A stretch of 64,000 bases of DNA from Cycas panzhihuaensis (taxonomy: Eukaryota > Plantae > Cycadophyta). Where the stretch lies: assembly GCA_023213395.1 (NCBI GenBank), contig CM041465.1, positions 160,711,741 to 160,775,740 on the forward strand. Reading direction: 5' to 3'. Made by a program: the position numbers and the translations under genes. Under the pieces are notes generated by a model. That model worked only from the letters and a program-made list of their open reading frames with translations. It was not told the DNA's origin and did not search any database. Positions 36,978 through 52,372 of this stretch are shown here, piece by piece (within the stretch, counting starts at the first letter, position 1; every line of letters begins with the position of its first letter).

Positions 36978-39900
36978 TTTTTTTTTTGATAAGGTAAAAT
37001 AGTACTATAAGGGGTTTTAAATAGGTCCCCAAACCTTATACATCAAGCACCAACCGGCCTAAGTGAGATGGCCATGACAAGCTCATGGCCTAGCCCAAAT
37101 TGGATTCTCTTCTCTCACCCTCTCCTATCTATCCCCTCATTATGACCAGTGAAGTCTATCCTAACTAGACTCAAAAGCTCTTCCAGGAAGTTCTCTTTCC
37201 AAACCCTATTTATTTTGTTTGACACTGCCCAGTTTGCCAACCAGTTTGCCACCGAATTCCCTTCCCTGTACATGTGCTGAATCTGAACGCTTAATTTGGA
37301 GCTCAAGGCATCTTGCGTATCCTTGATAATCTCTGCACTGCTCCATTCTGACTCCACCTCCTCCCTTAAGCACTTAATCATATTCAGGGAATCGCCTTCT
37401 ATAATCACTTTCTATTCCTCTTCCTCGCCCAACATATCTACTGCCCTTTGCATAGCCCTTACCTCTGCTTTGTGGTTCGATTGAATTCCTAAATATTTCG
37501 CAAATGCCCATTTCACTGTCCCCGCATGATCCCTTCATAAACCTCCTCCCCCGCCTCTCCAAGGTTGCCTTTCGCTACTCCATCAAAGTTGATTTTAATC
37601 CAAGTTACCTCGGGTGGTGTCCAGATAGTCCCCCTCCTCTTCTCGATCCCACCCTCCAGTCGACTAATTCCCCACTCATCTAGAATGCTATCTTTCCCCT
37701 TAGGAATCCTGTCCTCCTTCGGGGGTTTTAACATCTCTAAAATGCCCTTCCTAATGCCGACGAATAATTTTTGGTTGTCCATCTCTTTACCTTGAAAAAT
37801 TCTCCTATTACGCTCCTTTCATATATACCAAGTACCTACCAGGAGAATTAACTTCCAAAACCTTCCCAGCGTTTTACTCTTAAATGGGGAGGCCTATGTA
37901 CGACATTGATCCCACAAAGACTTAGAGGAAACCCACTCTGTGCCCAATTTAGACCAAAAACCTCCCCATGTTCCCCTGGAATATGGGCAGTGTATACTGA
38001 GGTGGTCCAGGGACTCAGCCTCTTCCCTACATAATTCGCACCTTCTAGACAGATAATAGCCTCACTTCAGGAGGTTATCCAATGCTAAAAGCTTGTTTTG
38101 TAGACATAGCCACCAAAAAGTTGCTATCTTTAGGATGAGCCCTAACTTCCAAACCCTGGCCAACATGTCATTCTTAATCCATCCATCTCTCAACATTAGC
38201 AAATTATAACCTTCTTTAACTGCGTAGGACCCTGATGATGATAGGGACCAGACCAGGGTATCCGGTGGGGCCTTCTTAGGGATATACTGGTGTTTTAAAA
38301 TCTCTTTTATAGTCCAAATCTCCTCTCCAAAACCTTGCAAATCATCAAATGTTCTCCATTGCCTATTCTTACCTTGTCCCACCCAATAGTGCTTAACTAG
38401 TGCACTGTAAGAATCCTCACAGACCCTCTATAAATTACCAATATCTGACATCTCACCCAGCCTAGAGGAGCCGCACCATTTATCTTCCCAAAATCTTATA
38501 CTTTCACCGTTTCCCAATTTCCATCGGATGCCATTGCATAGGATATATCGTGAGGACCATATAGCTTTCCAAATGGGGGAGCTGGAGGTCTCAGTCACCT
38601 CATCCTTCAGGAAATGCTTATCCCCTAAATATTTCTTGGTTATGATTTTTCCCCACACAGAGCCTACCTCTTTGGTTAATCTCCATCCCATCTTAGCAAG
38701 GAGAGCTCCATTGAAAAGTCCCAATCTCTTAACATTAAGCCCTCCTACCCACTTGGGCTTGCAAACCTTTCCCCAGGACATTAGATGACATCTATTTTTA
38801 TCTTCAGCCTCTGACCATAGAAATCTCTTCATAATGCCTTCAAGATTTGAAATAACTTTGCCCGACATCTTGAATAAGGATATTTGGTAGACTGGGATAC
38901 TCTGAAGAGAGGCCACGACAAGCTGGATCTTTCTAGCCCAACTTAGTAATGCCCCTTTCCAACCCGCCAGCTTCCTATTGAACCTCCCCATAATGGGGTC
39001 CCATAAGTTCTTATCCATCTTCCCCACAAAAAGGGGTATCCCCAGATAAGAGGCAGGAAGATGTCTGTTGGAAATCTCTAAAACCCTGCTGATCCTCCTC
39101 TGCAACCTCTCTAGAGTATTAATGAAGAAAAATAAGCTCTTATCTAGGTTAACTCTTTGATTAGAAGCTCACTCATAGGCCTAGAGACCATCGTTCAGGG
39201 CACGAGCCTCACCAAGGGAAGCCCTGCTCAGAAAGATATTATCGTCGACAAATTGGTGATGAACAATATTTTCCAAATTGGATGAGGGCTTTAGTACTGA
39301 TACCCACCCTATCCTCTTAGCTTCCTATATAGCCCTCCCTAACAGTTTTGCCATTATGATAAAGAGGAAGGGCGATAGGGGATCTCCTTATCTCAGCCCC
39401 CTATATCCGGGGAAGAAGGGTGTCGCCCTACCGTTTAGAAGCATCAAGAACAACATACTGGAAATACATCATCACATCCATTTCCTCCAAACCTCCCCAA
39501 ATCCAAATGCTTTTAAACATTCCAACAGACAATCCCATGCCACCCGATCATAGGCCTTGGACATATCTGTTTTTATTATCATACCTACTTCTTTCCTGTG
39601 ATAAGTCGAGTGGATTGTTTCGTGAACTATAATTATGCCATCCGTAATTTATCTAATCTTAACAAATCCATCCTAGTTTGGAGAGATGACGGACAAGAGA
39701 CACTATTTAAGGTAGTTCGCTAGCACTTTAGCCAAAATTGTATATTTTACATTACATAGGCTTATCGGTCTAAAGTCTTCCATTACTTTCGCTCTTGCCT
39801 TTTTCAGAATCAAAACGAGAAAAGTGGCCTACCATTCTTTCAAAATAGTCTTCCTTTGAAAAAATTCATTTAGCGCCAAAATTAAATCATCCTTAATGAT

Positions 39901-42900
39901 GTCCCAGTACTCCTGGAAGAAGCTGGGTAGGAACTCGTCCGGCCCAGGGGCTTTGTCCCATCCCATTTTAAATAGGGATTTCTCGACTTCGTCTTGGGAA
40001 AACAGTTATGTCAGTTTCCTATTTTGGGCCTCCGTAATTACTCTCAGAATATATTGCAATAGGTTTACCCTTAAATCTGGGTCCTGGCATCTTGGTTCTA
40101 TGTATATCTCTTTAAAGTAATTCATCACTATTCCTCTTATCTAGTCTTCTGAATCATTCATATCCCATCCTTACTTCATAATTTGCTGATCTTATTGTAG
40201 GACTTGTGCTTCAATGTAGATAGATGGAAAAACTTAGTATTTCTATCTCCCTCCTTTATCCATGACTCCCTAGATTTCTGCTTCTAGTGGAGTTCCTCCC
40301 TAGTTAGTATCTCTTCTAATTTCTTAGTGGTGAAGTGTTCTGATTGATCCTGAATCTATGTTCTACCCTTGAGTTGGATCCTATCCTTGATCTTTTTTAG
40401 CTCCTCTAATAAGCACCCTTTGTTTACGAAAATGTTTCCAAACACCTCCCTATTCTATATTTTGATCTGTTGTTTAATCCAATTTAGCTTCTCTGAGAAC
40501 TTAAACATAGAAAATTTGAGCACTGAGATCCCCCACCACTCTCTAATCCTTTCCCTTAGATCGGGGTACTGCTGCCACATTAATTCGAAGCAAAAGGGGG
40601 CTCCTCCATGCTTACTTGGGTAAGAAGAATCCATGACCAAAGGGGAATGATCTAATCCTATTTTTAGAAGAGCCTCAAGTTTAATATCCTCATATTAGCT
40701 AGTCCATTCATAATTGGTTAACATTTTGTTTAACTTAATCTAAATATAGTTGTGTCCCAATCTGCTGTTTGACCAAGTGTATCTGGCTCCCCTGAGAGGG
40801 ATGTTTATTAGACCGCAAAATTGTAGGAAGTCTCTGAGATCTAACATACTCTTGAACCACCCTTCTTGTCCCTTTTTCTTTTTATCTGGATTGAGAGTTG
40901 TACTGAAATCCCTAGCAACTAGCCAAGGGCCTTCCCAGTCTTTATGTACCTCCATAATTCTTTCCCATAATCTCTTCCTTCCCTCCATTATTGTAGGGGC
41001 ATATACATTAGTGATCTGACAAGGCCTATTGGTTCGCCCACATACCAGATCTAAGGTTATGAAGTGTTCGCATTTGACCACCTCAAAGCCTTTCCATCTA
41101 CTTGGATTCCATAAGGTAGCCAACCCCCCTGAACCTGCTAAACCCACAGTAGCCCTCCCTTCTCCCCTCCTCTAAATTTTGTTGAATACCTCTCCTTCCT
41201 TTATCTGATCAAGTTTTGTCTCCTACAGCAAAACTATATTTGCGTCTGTCCTTATTCTTAATTCCTTAACCAATCTCTACTTCAATGGGGCATTAAGGCC
41301 CGTTATATTCTAGGATAAGACCTTCATAATCATCCTAGCTCCCCCCTCCATCATCCTTTCCTACTTCTGAGAAGAGGGCCTTCGATCACCCCCCCTCCTT
41401 TAGAGTGCTCTGGTAACCCAAATCAATCTGGTCCATAGTTTCCTTTTCCCTGGTTGCCTTTTTTGATGGTCTACCAACCCTCTTTTCTATTCCAAAATTA
41501 GGTGTCTTTTTCGGTTATAGTATACTACTTTTATCTTTTGAGATCCATTTCTAAATCCCTCCTCCTGCCTTCCCCTGTTCCACCCCTTTAACCCTAGTAA
41601 CCCTGTCTATTTTCCCAACCCCCTCTACTGATATCCCTGACTGTTCCTCCACCTGATCTAGGTCCTGAATCCTCCCCTCCTCAGCCTCTGAGAGGTAATC
41701 CTCCACATCCTAGTTAATGTCCTTCGCTTGCCCGGATAAGACTGGCTCTTCAGTCACTGGGGGGAAATCCCCACCCTCATCAGCTTGACCATGACTCCTA
41801 TGATGTCCCCTTATCTGATCTTTGGAACACTTTGTTATAGAGCCAAGTTCAAAGTCAGAGTCTAGCCCAACCCTCCTTGGGTCTTGTCAGTGCCTGCATC
41901 TGGGGCCACACCACTAATTGCCTCAATTTCTTTGTCTTCTTTCTCTTTACTACCCTCTTCCTTGTCCGTCTTTATTAGAACTCCTGGGCATTGAAAGGGT
42001 AGATGCCCCCTGCACCTACACTTTGAATAGCTTAAATCTTCCACTTTATAAAATAATCTTTGATTGATGACCCGTCCTACCAAATCAATATCTATTTCTT
42101 CTGGGAGATCATAGTTAAGCCTAGCTAAGACGTAGAATTTGGCGTTCATCAATCGAGATCTGTGTTTTGTCACCGAATCCAGTGCTAGTAAGGGCCCAAT
42201 CGTCCTGGCCACTCCTTTAACCACCTCCAAGTTCTAGAAATGCAGAGGTAGCCCCAGTATCTGCACCCATATTAGGGCTTGTTTAACCATTGGGGTTCCC
42301 AGGTCAAAGTTTGGATGCCATTTTTCTAGAGTCATGGTTTTTCTGCCAAACATCTAGGGGGATCATCTTGGTTTGGGAATCTAAAGAGGACACACCCATT
42401 TGGCATGGCCATCACCTCAACCGGGTTCCTTGTTTTCCATTTGTTTCTTATCCATCCTCTGATAATGTCAAGTTTGGGTCTAGGTCCTGAGAACCTACCC
42501 ACCAAGTTATTTTCCTAGTATTAGATAGTTTTATCGGTAAGCTCCTTTGGGACTGAAATCTTAAAATGGATGTCTTTCAGCACAAGGTAAATCTCAAATT
42601 CTTCAGAGTTTCCATTCTTCAGGGCATCAAGGTAAGTCCTTCCCTGAGGCGAGGATTGAGTCTGGTTTACTAGGTCTTGTATCATTTTTAATTACTACCA
42701 CTGAAACTAAAGAAAAACTACATGCCTTCACCATACCTTTGAGTCCATAAGATTGAGTCTTAGCCTTCTCTTCCTTTTTAGAACAGCATACACCACCTGG
42801 TTATAGTCTCCAGCTGCTTCTCGTAGGACTGTCTACCTACTGCCTCCTTGGATTACTTAGCACCCTGAATCTCCTCTCTTATCTTGCTTCTCTAGCTTAA

Positions 42901-43274
42901 AGCCAGTTTTGTACCAGTTGCACGACTATAGCTCCAGCTCCTCTGAGTCCTTTGGGCCCTAACTGAACACCAACTAGGCTTGATATGCCCTACGCTAGGG
43001 ACTCTTCCTCCATGCTCTGTCCTCAAGTTAGCGCACCTATCAAACGCCTCTCCATCTGATGTCAAGGGCCTAAAGTCCCTTCTGTCTACGTCTCTACCTA
43101 CTAATGAGAGGCACCATGGTGCCCAGCACCTGGTACTCTTCTCTGGGCCCATCTCAATACCTATATCTGTCCCCTCATCCTCCCAGGTCTGCGCAAATCC
43201 TAACTACACCACCGTCTCCTCCTGTCGCAGCCATTCCGTCAAGTTCTCCCTAGAATGTTCTACCCTAATTAAGC
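36978..43274 (-). mobile_element. Full-length decayed L1-clade LINE (ORF1 DUF4283/zinc knuckle; ORF2 endonuclease, RT, zf-RVT, C-terminal RNase H-like domain)
   Basis: TSD CTTTGAGGTTCTCC at 36964-36977 and 43275-43288. Poly(T) at 36978 is the poly(A) tail. Peptides TNVYAP..GPWLV..YTWSN (endonuclease), KAPGPD and HHQFVDD (RT), YLGIPL..IRFWEDKW, WIKINFDG..IEGDS..QHMYREGNSVANWLA (RNase H). Confidence 0.96.
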
Positions 43275-46200
43275 CTTTGAGGTTCTCCTTTAGCTCCTTA
43301 TTGTCTAATCAAGTTTTGAAAAGAAGTGCATTTAGTTTGCTTTAAAAGAAAGTTATTACTTTATTTGCATATTCTTTCCAAAGGAGCATTTATCACTTTC
43401 AAATTAAAAGGATATTTGATTTCATACTTACATTCATTTAATAGAGAAACATTTATCTTGCTTTATTGCTTAGAAGAAATATCCTTCATCTCATTACTTA
43501 ATTACCATTTTCTTTCATTTTTTAAATAGTGAAATTTATTCAAAAGCATTATTTGTTATTTGAAAGGATCAGTCTTGCTTATTGTTAAGTTATTTTTTTA
43601 TTTCTTGATTTAAAGGGAATCATATCCTAATTAAACAAGACCACATTAATATTTATATATCTCACATTAAAAAAGATAATCACCCAAACCTCTTTGTTTT
43701 TAGCCTTATGAGCAGAATGATTAGGACCCCTGAAGTTACCACTACACATATGCTTTTGGCCTACTTATATTGGATGAGAAATATCACTAGTTATCAAGTG
43801 TATTAGGTGGTAGGTTGAGGTAAGAAACCTTTCTAATTCTAGAGTTTGGAGACCAAGGCTAGACTTAGAGGGGGTAAGCGCCTTAGTTAGTAAATCCATC
43901 ACTGCCAGATCTATTATTAGGCATAAGACCAATGTAGGTAGACAAATAAGTCAAAGGGGGTCTAGCGCCTTCTTTGTAGCATACATATTGAGGTATATTG
44001 AGCTAAGAACTCATGTACTAGTATACTGGGTCTCTGATTTACTACTTGTGGATAAGCACTACTAGATAGGATAACAACCAAAGGCTTCCCTTGGAGAGCC
44101 ACAAACTTAGAGCCTATAAACCTTTTTAGAGACTATGACACTTATCAAACCTTTGGGATAACTATAAAACCTTATTTGGGATAACTATACCTTAAGGATA
44201 TTTTATCAAAAGGATATTTATCAAGACTTTAGTTGAGAAATAATGTTAGCTAATTTTGGCAGCATGATTATTCTAAAGTTTGATGGATCTAATTTCTTGA
44301 ACTAGAGTAGGAGGATAGGACCCATCCTCATCATTAAATATATATGGAATATTGTGAGAACAAGATATATAGAACTAGAATAAAATATAATTGATCTAGA
44401 GGAACTAGCTTACAAGGAGAATGTAAATAATGATAATGAGGCCCTTGCATTAATATTTTATGCCCTATAAGATCACATATTTCTTAGGGTAAGAGAGGCA
44501 ATAAAATCTATGGAATCTTGGGACACCTTACATCTAATTTATGAAGGGGTAGCTTTATCCAAGCTACAAACTTTGAGGAGTAGGTTTGAAAACCTAAGGA
44601 TGATACCTAATGAATTAATTATAGAATTCATAATTAAGGTTTAAGACCTTATTAATTAGATGAGATCCATTAGATTAACATTAACCAAACAAAGGCTTGT
44701 TGAGATAATCTTAAGATGTATTAACAAAGTAAAAAGGTTTGAAATGGTGGTAACTAGTATAGAGGCATTAAAGGATTTGAGTACCTTGAAAGTTAAACAA
44801 CTAAGTGTCATGTTAGTAGTAGTTAAAGAGAAGAAGAATAAATGTGATACACTTGAGTATGCCTTTACAACCAAGGCAAGGATATAATCAAATCACAAAC
44901 TGGAACCTCCAAATCTAGGGACCAATCCCCAAGGGGGAGAGAAAAAAATCCTAGACAAGAAATATGCTAAGATAGGCAAGCAAGATATCAAGATCCACAT
45001 CAAAGACATCAAGAAGCAAATCAAAGGAATCTTAGCCATAATTAATATCAAAGTTAAGAAAGACACCATGAGGCAAACCAATGTTGCCATAATTGCCAAG
45101 GATGCATGCACTCTTAAAATACCAACTTCAACTATCCTAGTAATAGATAAAGGGATAACCACGCCCTATATTTAGAAAGAGGAAGACCATCCCATATTGA
45201 TAGAACTAATCCTTAAAGTAGAAGTCTTAGTTATAGGAGAAGGGATTCACTTCACTACTCATTTTATAATAGATTTGATCACACAAATGATAAATATTTT
45301 GTTAAGAATGATCCACTCACTAGATGAAGTATCAATATAGTTGTAGAAACAAGGGAGAACGATCAACTATTTTTATCCAATTTTATTACTCATGAGGAAG
45401 AAGATGATAGTTGGTATATTAATTTTGGTTATTCAACTCATACAACGCATAAACAAGATATATTCCAAACCATAGATAGAACTAAAAGGGGGTTCATCAT
45501 GTTTGGAAATGACACCTCTCATGAATCTATTGGTAGAGGTAATGTCATCCTAAAAATTAAAGCAGGTGAATATTGAAATCTAGTTGACATACTTTGTGTT
45601 CTAACCTTGACAAAGAATCTTTTATCAGTAGGACAAATGATCGATTAAGATTATAAAGTCATATTTAACAATGGCGAATGCACCATTAAGGATAAACGAA
45701 AAAACAAGGCAGTAGTTACCAAAGGTAAAATGACAATAATATGTGACATAAGAGATTTGGTTATTTCATTTATAATAGTTTAGCACTCATGAAGAAAATG
45801 GACATGGTTGATGGGTTTCCTCACATTGAAGTGGACAAAAATATTTGTGAAGGGTGTTTCCTTGGAAAACAATATAGAGAAAGTTTTCCATATGGTAGCT
45901 ATAGAGTAAGAGGGCCACTCCATCTTATCTATATAGATCTTTATGGTGTTATGGATGTTCCTTCACTAGTAGGTGCTAAGTATTTTCTCATATGTATTAA
46001 TGACTATATAAGAAAAACTTGGGTCTACTTCTTAAAGTTTAAGCCTAACAAATTCTAATACTTTGTCAACTTCAAAACCTTTGTGGAGAGGTAAAGTGCA
46101 TATAATATACTCTCCCTAAGATCAAGTAATCGAGGAGAGTTTATCTCAAAGAAGTTTAAGGTCTATTGTACACATCGTGGAATCAGGAGATACCTAAAAA

Positions 46201-49200
46201 ATCCTTACACCCCTCAACAAAATGGGGTGGCTAAAAGAAATAACTACACCATAGTTGAGATGGATAGGTGCATGTTAAAGGATAAAAGATTGGGATATAA
46301 ATTCTAGGCTAAGGTAGTCCACATTACTATTTATTTACTCAATAGGTCTACCACCAAATCCCTTAGGTGGATGATTGCTAAAGAAGCATGGATTGGATAC
46401 AAACCTAGTATCCACTATTTTTGAGTTTTTGGTTGCCTAACTTACATCCATATCCTTGAACGAAAGATAACTAAGCTAGATGATAATAGCACCAAATGTA
46501 TATTAATTAGCTACAATAATGCTTCCAAATCCTATAAAGTTTATGATCCCCAAGCACAAAAAGTTATATTGAGTAGGGATGCTATCTTCCAAGGAAATGA
46601 TTGTTATCACGTTGATTATGATCAAGATAAAGGAAAAGGTGTTATGATAAACTTCAATTCAACCACAAGGTCCATGTATTTACCACCTAGGTAGGACTCA
46701 AGATAAAGTATTGATGTACCAAGTGGGGAGGGAACCTCATCTTAACCTTCACCATAAAGATTTCCTAGATGGATTTAAAGGAACCATAATATAGATAACA
46801 TTTTGGACAATAACTATAATAGAAGATCTACTCATTCCCATAGGGTAAACTTTGCCTTTATGAGTTAAGTCATAGAGACTCATGAGCCTCATGTCTTTGA
46901 CGAGGCCAATATGCATGATGATTGGAGAAAAGGAATGGAAGAGGAATATAATTCCATGGTGAAAAATGATACATGGGAACTAGTTGACCTTCCACCCAAT
47001 AGGAAGGCTATTGGTACTAAATAGATCTATAAGACCTAATTTTGATCTGATAGATTAATTGAGAAATATAAAGCTAGACTTGTAGCCAAAGGTTATGCCT
47101 AAAGGGAAGGTATAGACTATAGTGAAACCTTTGCCCCTATCACATGCATGGAAATTATTTATATGATGTTGAGTTTGGTTGCATAATAAGGATGAGATGT
47201 TTACTAAATAGATGTTAAAAGTGCATTTCTTAATAGGTATATTGAAGAAGACATCTATGTCCATTAGCCCAAAGGTTTTAAAGTTAGGGGGGAAGAAGAC
47301 AAAGTATACAAGCTAATAAAAGTATTTTATGGATTAAAACATGCACCAAGGGCATGGTACTCCTGAATCGATAAATACTTTAGAGACCGAGGATTCAAAA
47401 GAACCCAATCAGATCCAAATTTATACATCAAGATCAAAGGAGACTCCATCTTAATAGTTGGACTTTATATAGATGATCTTGTCTACATAGGAAATTATTC
47501 TCATCTTTTACAAAAAATTAAGGATAATGTGTGTAAGGAGTTTGAAATGATAGATTTAGGTATGATGTATTACTTCTTAGGTTTGGAAGTATAGTAAGAC
47601 GAAGATGACATTTTTATTTCCTCAAGAAAGTATACCTTGGACTTACTCTAAAAGTTTAATATGAATGATTGTAAAGACCTAGCCACATCTACTAAAGTTG
47701 GTATTAACCTACCTAAACTTAACGATTCTGTACTAGTGGATCCCACACTCTACAGATGATTAATTGGTAGTCTAATTCATCTAACATCAACATGACTAGA
47801 CATTATGCATGTAGTTAGTGTAGTGTCAAGATTCCTGTAAGATCCCAGGTCCACTTATTGGCAAGAAGCTAAGAGGATCTTATGATACTTAAAGGGTATA
47901 ACAGAATATAGGTTGCATTATAAATCTTTACCAAACTTCAAGTTGATAGGATATATAGACTCATATTAGGTAGGAGACATTGATGACAGGAAATTTACTT
48001 TAAGATATACATTTAGTCTGGGTTCAACAGTTATAGCATGGAGCACTAAGAAACAAAATATGGTTTCCCTATCTACAATAGAAGTAGAGTACAAAGTAGC
48101 AGTTTCAGGGGCATATGAAATAGTATGGTTACAGTGACTCCTACAAGATCTTTAAATGGAACAAAAAGGCCTAACCAAGATTTGGTATGATAATCAAATC
48201 ACCATTCAGATGGCTTAGAGTCCAATTTTTCATGGAAAAGATAAACACATTGAAACTCAGCATCACTTCATTTGAGAATTAGTCCATGCAAGTGAAATCA
48301 AGTTGGCATATTATAGTGTAGAAGACCAAATAGCAGATATCTTCACAAAGCCATTAGGAAAAATCAAGTTCCATAAATTCAAAAACAAACTTGGAGTTTT
48401 AGACAATGGACATTATAGGGGAGAATTTTGGAATAATGTCCATTGTATAGAAGTATATGCGAGAGGTACCTCAAGAAGTCGTGGGCCACCACCAATTGAC
48501 CTTTAGCCATCTCAAGCTTCCCACCAGCTGACAAGGTAAGTTTTGTGGTTTATTTTATTATTTTTTGAATTTTCTATTAACCTTAGGTTAAGGCAATCTC
48601 CCACTCTCCAAAATATATTTATACATAGGGAGTAACTTTGTGGTATTTTTTAACATCACCCTCATTATTTAGAGATTGATTAATTCTTGTAACAATGGAT
48701 TAAGCTTATTCGACCTACTCTGTTCTCTGGCTCCAACACAAATGCCATAATAAGTGCAAAGTTTGAGATGTCATTACATGTAATAGTTTAAAAAATCATA
48801 TGCTAAAGGTCATTAGAAGAAAGTATAAAATGTAATACCTATGACCAAATTCCAAATAGTTGAATGGTGAACTACTAAAGTTAATAAACACCTTTTTGAA
48901 AAGCTTGTTAAAATAACAAACATAAGAAGTGTAATCTTCTATGAAACATTGGGTCACCAAATGATTTATGGTAGAATTCAAGATAGCCAGACATTAAAGG
49001 AGCTATTGATGTTAATTAGAATACATCATTATATAGAGATGAAGCATCATAGTGCAAAATAAAGGAGAGTACATTCAATAACATAGAGTTGAATCATAGA
49101 TTAAACTAAAGAAATAATATACATAGAAGGCCAAATGATGTACTAGGACATAAGCACACTAATGACATATAATAACATACAAAAACCACATGCAATGCAT

Positions 49201-52200
49201 GCATGCAATGCCTCACACATTTGATCTAAAAAAAATACATAAAATTTAAGAAAAAATAGTGCTTAAATTGTTATAAAAATAAAAACACATAGTAAAGATC
49301 ACCTACATAGAGGGCATATTCATTTCCTTTTTATTGAAACCATGGTTAAAAATTATTTATGTTTTACAAATAATAGATGCATCAATTTATTTTTGAGAAT
49401 ATTTTAAAGTCCATAACTTAGCCCCTTAACCCTTAACTTATGGTCACATATATCGAAAGGTGCTAAGGCCCTTTAAGGCTGATTTAACAACTGAAACGCT
49501 CCCTGCGGGGCGACAATCCCACGTCTAGTAAAGGGATATAAAAACACCACACTGGCTAGGCTAGGCAGTGAGGATCTTGCCTCGCAGGACGTCCATGCGC
49601 CAGAGCGCGGGTTCGGGGGCTGTAAGGTGCCTGGTTACTTCCAGGTAGCCGTGCAAAAACGAGGCCTTCCTACCCTTCGGATGGCCGGGAAGGAAAGGGA
49701 AACCTCGCGCGTTGCGACTCCTCAAAGTAATGAGAAGGCAACGAGGAGGGCAACAAATCTAACGTGCGATAGATATGAAGCAAGGTGTGGCTGAGGGGTA
49801 CAACATAAATGGGTTTTCTATTCCTATGTTACGTAAAGTAAAGAAACAGTGCGAGAAAGTAAATGTAAAGTAAAAGATTATTTTCCTTTTCCTTAACGCT
49901 TCCTTATCTATTACAGTAAATGTAAAAGGACAAAAAGCGTAAAGAAAAACACGAAAGGAATGCGAGGAATACCTGGATCCAGCGTTCGAGTATAAACACA
50001 GATTCTCCTTCTGGGTTACGCTCCTTCCTTCCTCCCTCCGCGCATGCAACGTTGATCAACGGTGGTGAAGGGGGTTCACTTACCTCCCCTTGAGCATGCA
50101 AGGACTAAATAAAATGAAAGCGTGAAAAAGGAACGCAAAACTAAAGGAGAGAAATACTGTGTGGGAGCTGACCGGCAACTGGTTTGTCTTGCGCGCCACC
50201 TCCTCCAACGCGATCTTGCAAACAAGTGGAGAGAGCACCTTCCTCTCGGGAGAGAGGCTACAAACTACGGCAAAGATATATGTGTATGTATGCAAACGAC
50301 ATCAACTAAGACAAATAATTTAAGCTATGCACCAGAACGTAGTAAAAATGAAACCAAGGTGTGCGAGAAGCATATACACTGTCATGCACTATAAAACATA
50401 CTACACGGGACTGAGTATAGCCTTGGGATGGCTAACTCACCCACGGGAGGTCTCCACAGGGTTCGGTAAGGAAATGCTAGCGGGTAATAAGGTGGAGAAG
50501 GGTAGTGACGGGTTACCTATACCAAGTGGAAAGCTCCAACCAAATCTCTTAGGCTTCCCTAGCTCCGTTCCCTAAGAAAACGCGGATGGTAAAGGGAAAG
50601 AGGATAAGGGACGGAACCCTTGGGGAGAAGGACGGCAATGGGGGACGGAACCCCGCCTATCTCCCTCAAACCCTCGTGTGGAACCCTTTACACCGGTTAG
50701 GTCGGAAAAGGGTGAAAGGGATAGCTTAGAGGGAATGGGTAGATCTCAAGGAAAAAATAAGAAAATACCTCTAATCTAGAGCAAAGCTATGAGAGAGCCA
50801 CAACTAGCTAAGATCACTTTCATTTAATAGCAAGGGAACTAGTAAAGAAAGTAGATGCAAGTGAGTGAAATGAGCTTGCAAGTAGAACGCAAAAACCAAG
50901 GAAAAAAGCACCAACAAGAAACAAGAAATACCTTGGATGAGAGGGGCATGCATGCACTTGGCCACTGGAGCGGCGGCAACAAAGCGATGTCTAGAGGCTG
51001 ATTCTGAGTGTTTCTTGCATGAGTGTAGATGGGAGAAGCTCCATGCAAGTTGAGAGCTGGAAGTTGATCCTTGGAGTAGCCTTTTTAGTGAAGAAATCCC
51101 TTGGATCTTTGAGCATTTGTAAGGGAGAGTGGAACTTGTTATGGAGAAATGAGGGGGCGTGATGGCCTGCAACTCCGACTTATGGCAGCCCACTAAACCT
51201 CATCCAAGCTACGTACATGAAGTTCTCGATTTGCCTTTTCCTTGTGTGTTTTTGTGGAGAGTTTCTCTTAGAAGTCTTGGAAAATGAGCTCAAGAATGAT
51301 TCAAATGAAAGAAAAAAAGGTTTTTATCTCTTGTTCACAGTAAGTGAACGTTGGGGGCATTGGGGCGCCCCCAATCGTACGGAGCCGCGCGACAGTTCCA
51401 TAAAAAAACACGGAAACTGTCGCGTGGTTCTCTTTTTTTAAATTTCGAACAGTTGTACCGCGGCAAACTCTGCGGTACCGCTACAAATTCTGCGGTACCG
51501 CTTAGTTTACCGCGGTATCAACCTGAAATTTAAAAAAGAGAAAAATAAAAAGAAAAATTAGGTTTTGAGGTAAGAACAAAGACTAAACATGAATTCCATT
51601 AGTTGGGGGAAGGCCCAGGCAGTGGGCAAGTACCCAAAACAATGCAAAGAGCCCTAACTAAGGGTTAAACCGGACTTAGGAAGGACTGCAACATACGCGA
51701 CACGTTGTAATCAAGAACAAACAAGCTGGCGGAAATAATCCTGGGAAACTGTGGAGACATCATCGGTGGCTGTACGCCATACGGGGTGTCATATTCGCTG
51801 AGGAATGCCCCCGCTGTGAGTCGTCATAGGTTGAAGTCGTGCCGTTAGGCACATGCATTATGAGCAAGCAGACAAACAAATGCATGTAGGCAGGCATATG
51901 TCAATCAAACTACTCTAAATTACCTTAATTAACATAGGTAAGAAAAGTAAGAACATATACCTGAACAAACCTATGTCGATGCATCTCGAGTCCATTCGGT
52001 CATTTGGGAAACACGCCTTATGGCGTGAGCCTCACTGCTCGGAAGCGTAATGTGATGGCGAATGCTGTCAATCAAAGATATGAGTAGCACATGCATATAT
52101 ATATATAACAACAAAGAACGGCACGTGGACCAAGGGTGTAGGCGAGTGTCGCTGCGGAACGCATGGACAGGGGAGACGGAGATGAGGATAACGTAGGGGC

Positions 52201-52372
52201 TGCCTGCGTGTCGCCTAAACATCGACCTAAAACTGAAATAAGCAAGTAGAACGGGATGCCCCCATTGCCGAAGTGCAACGTGGAGTAGGAGGGCATCCAG
52301 CAAATAGAGCAAGCAATCTAACTAACGACCCTTGAAGGCTTGGGCATGGGTGGCCGAGCAAGTCTCGGGCGG

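Larger units (their letters stand above)
34271..48738 (+). mobile_element. Full-length decayed Ty1/Copia LTR retrotransposon with a long 5' leader, interrupted by a LINE
   Basis: LTRs at 34271-34584 and 48426-48738. TSD CAAAT at 34266-34270 and 48739-48743. Degenerate PBS TAGTATTAGAGC at 34587. gag from ~44265 (KFDGSNF), integrase 45790-46600 (TPQQNGVA), RT ~46900-47700, RNase H to ~48400 (DQIADIFTKPL), PPT at ~48417. Confidence 0.95.

Noticed and set aside
49487-49491. Same TSD (ACAAC) for the TRIM and the Tat-like element as evidence of a shared integrase
   Set aside because: Two observations of a 5-mer are insufficient and the termini differ.
49759-52312. Many short ORFs in the GC-rich LTR
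   Set aside because: They lie within or next to the LTR repeat, have no domain signal, and are expected by chance at this GC content.
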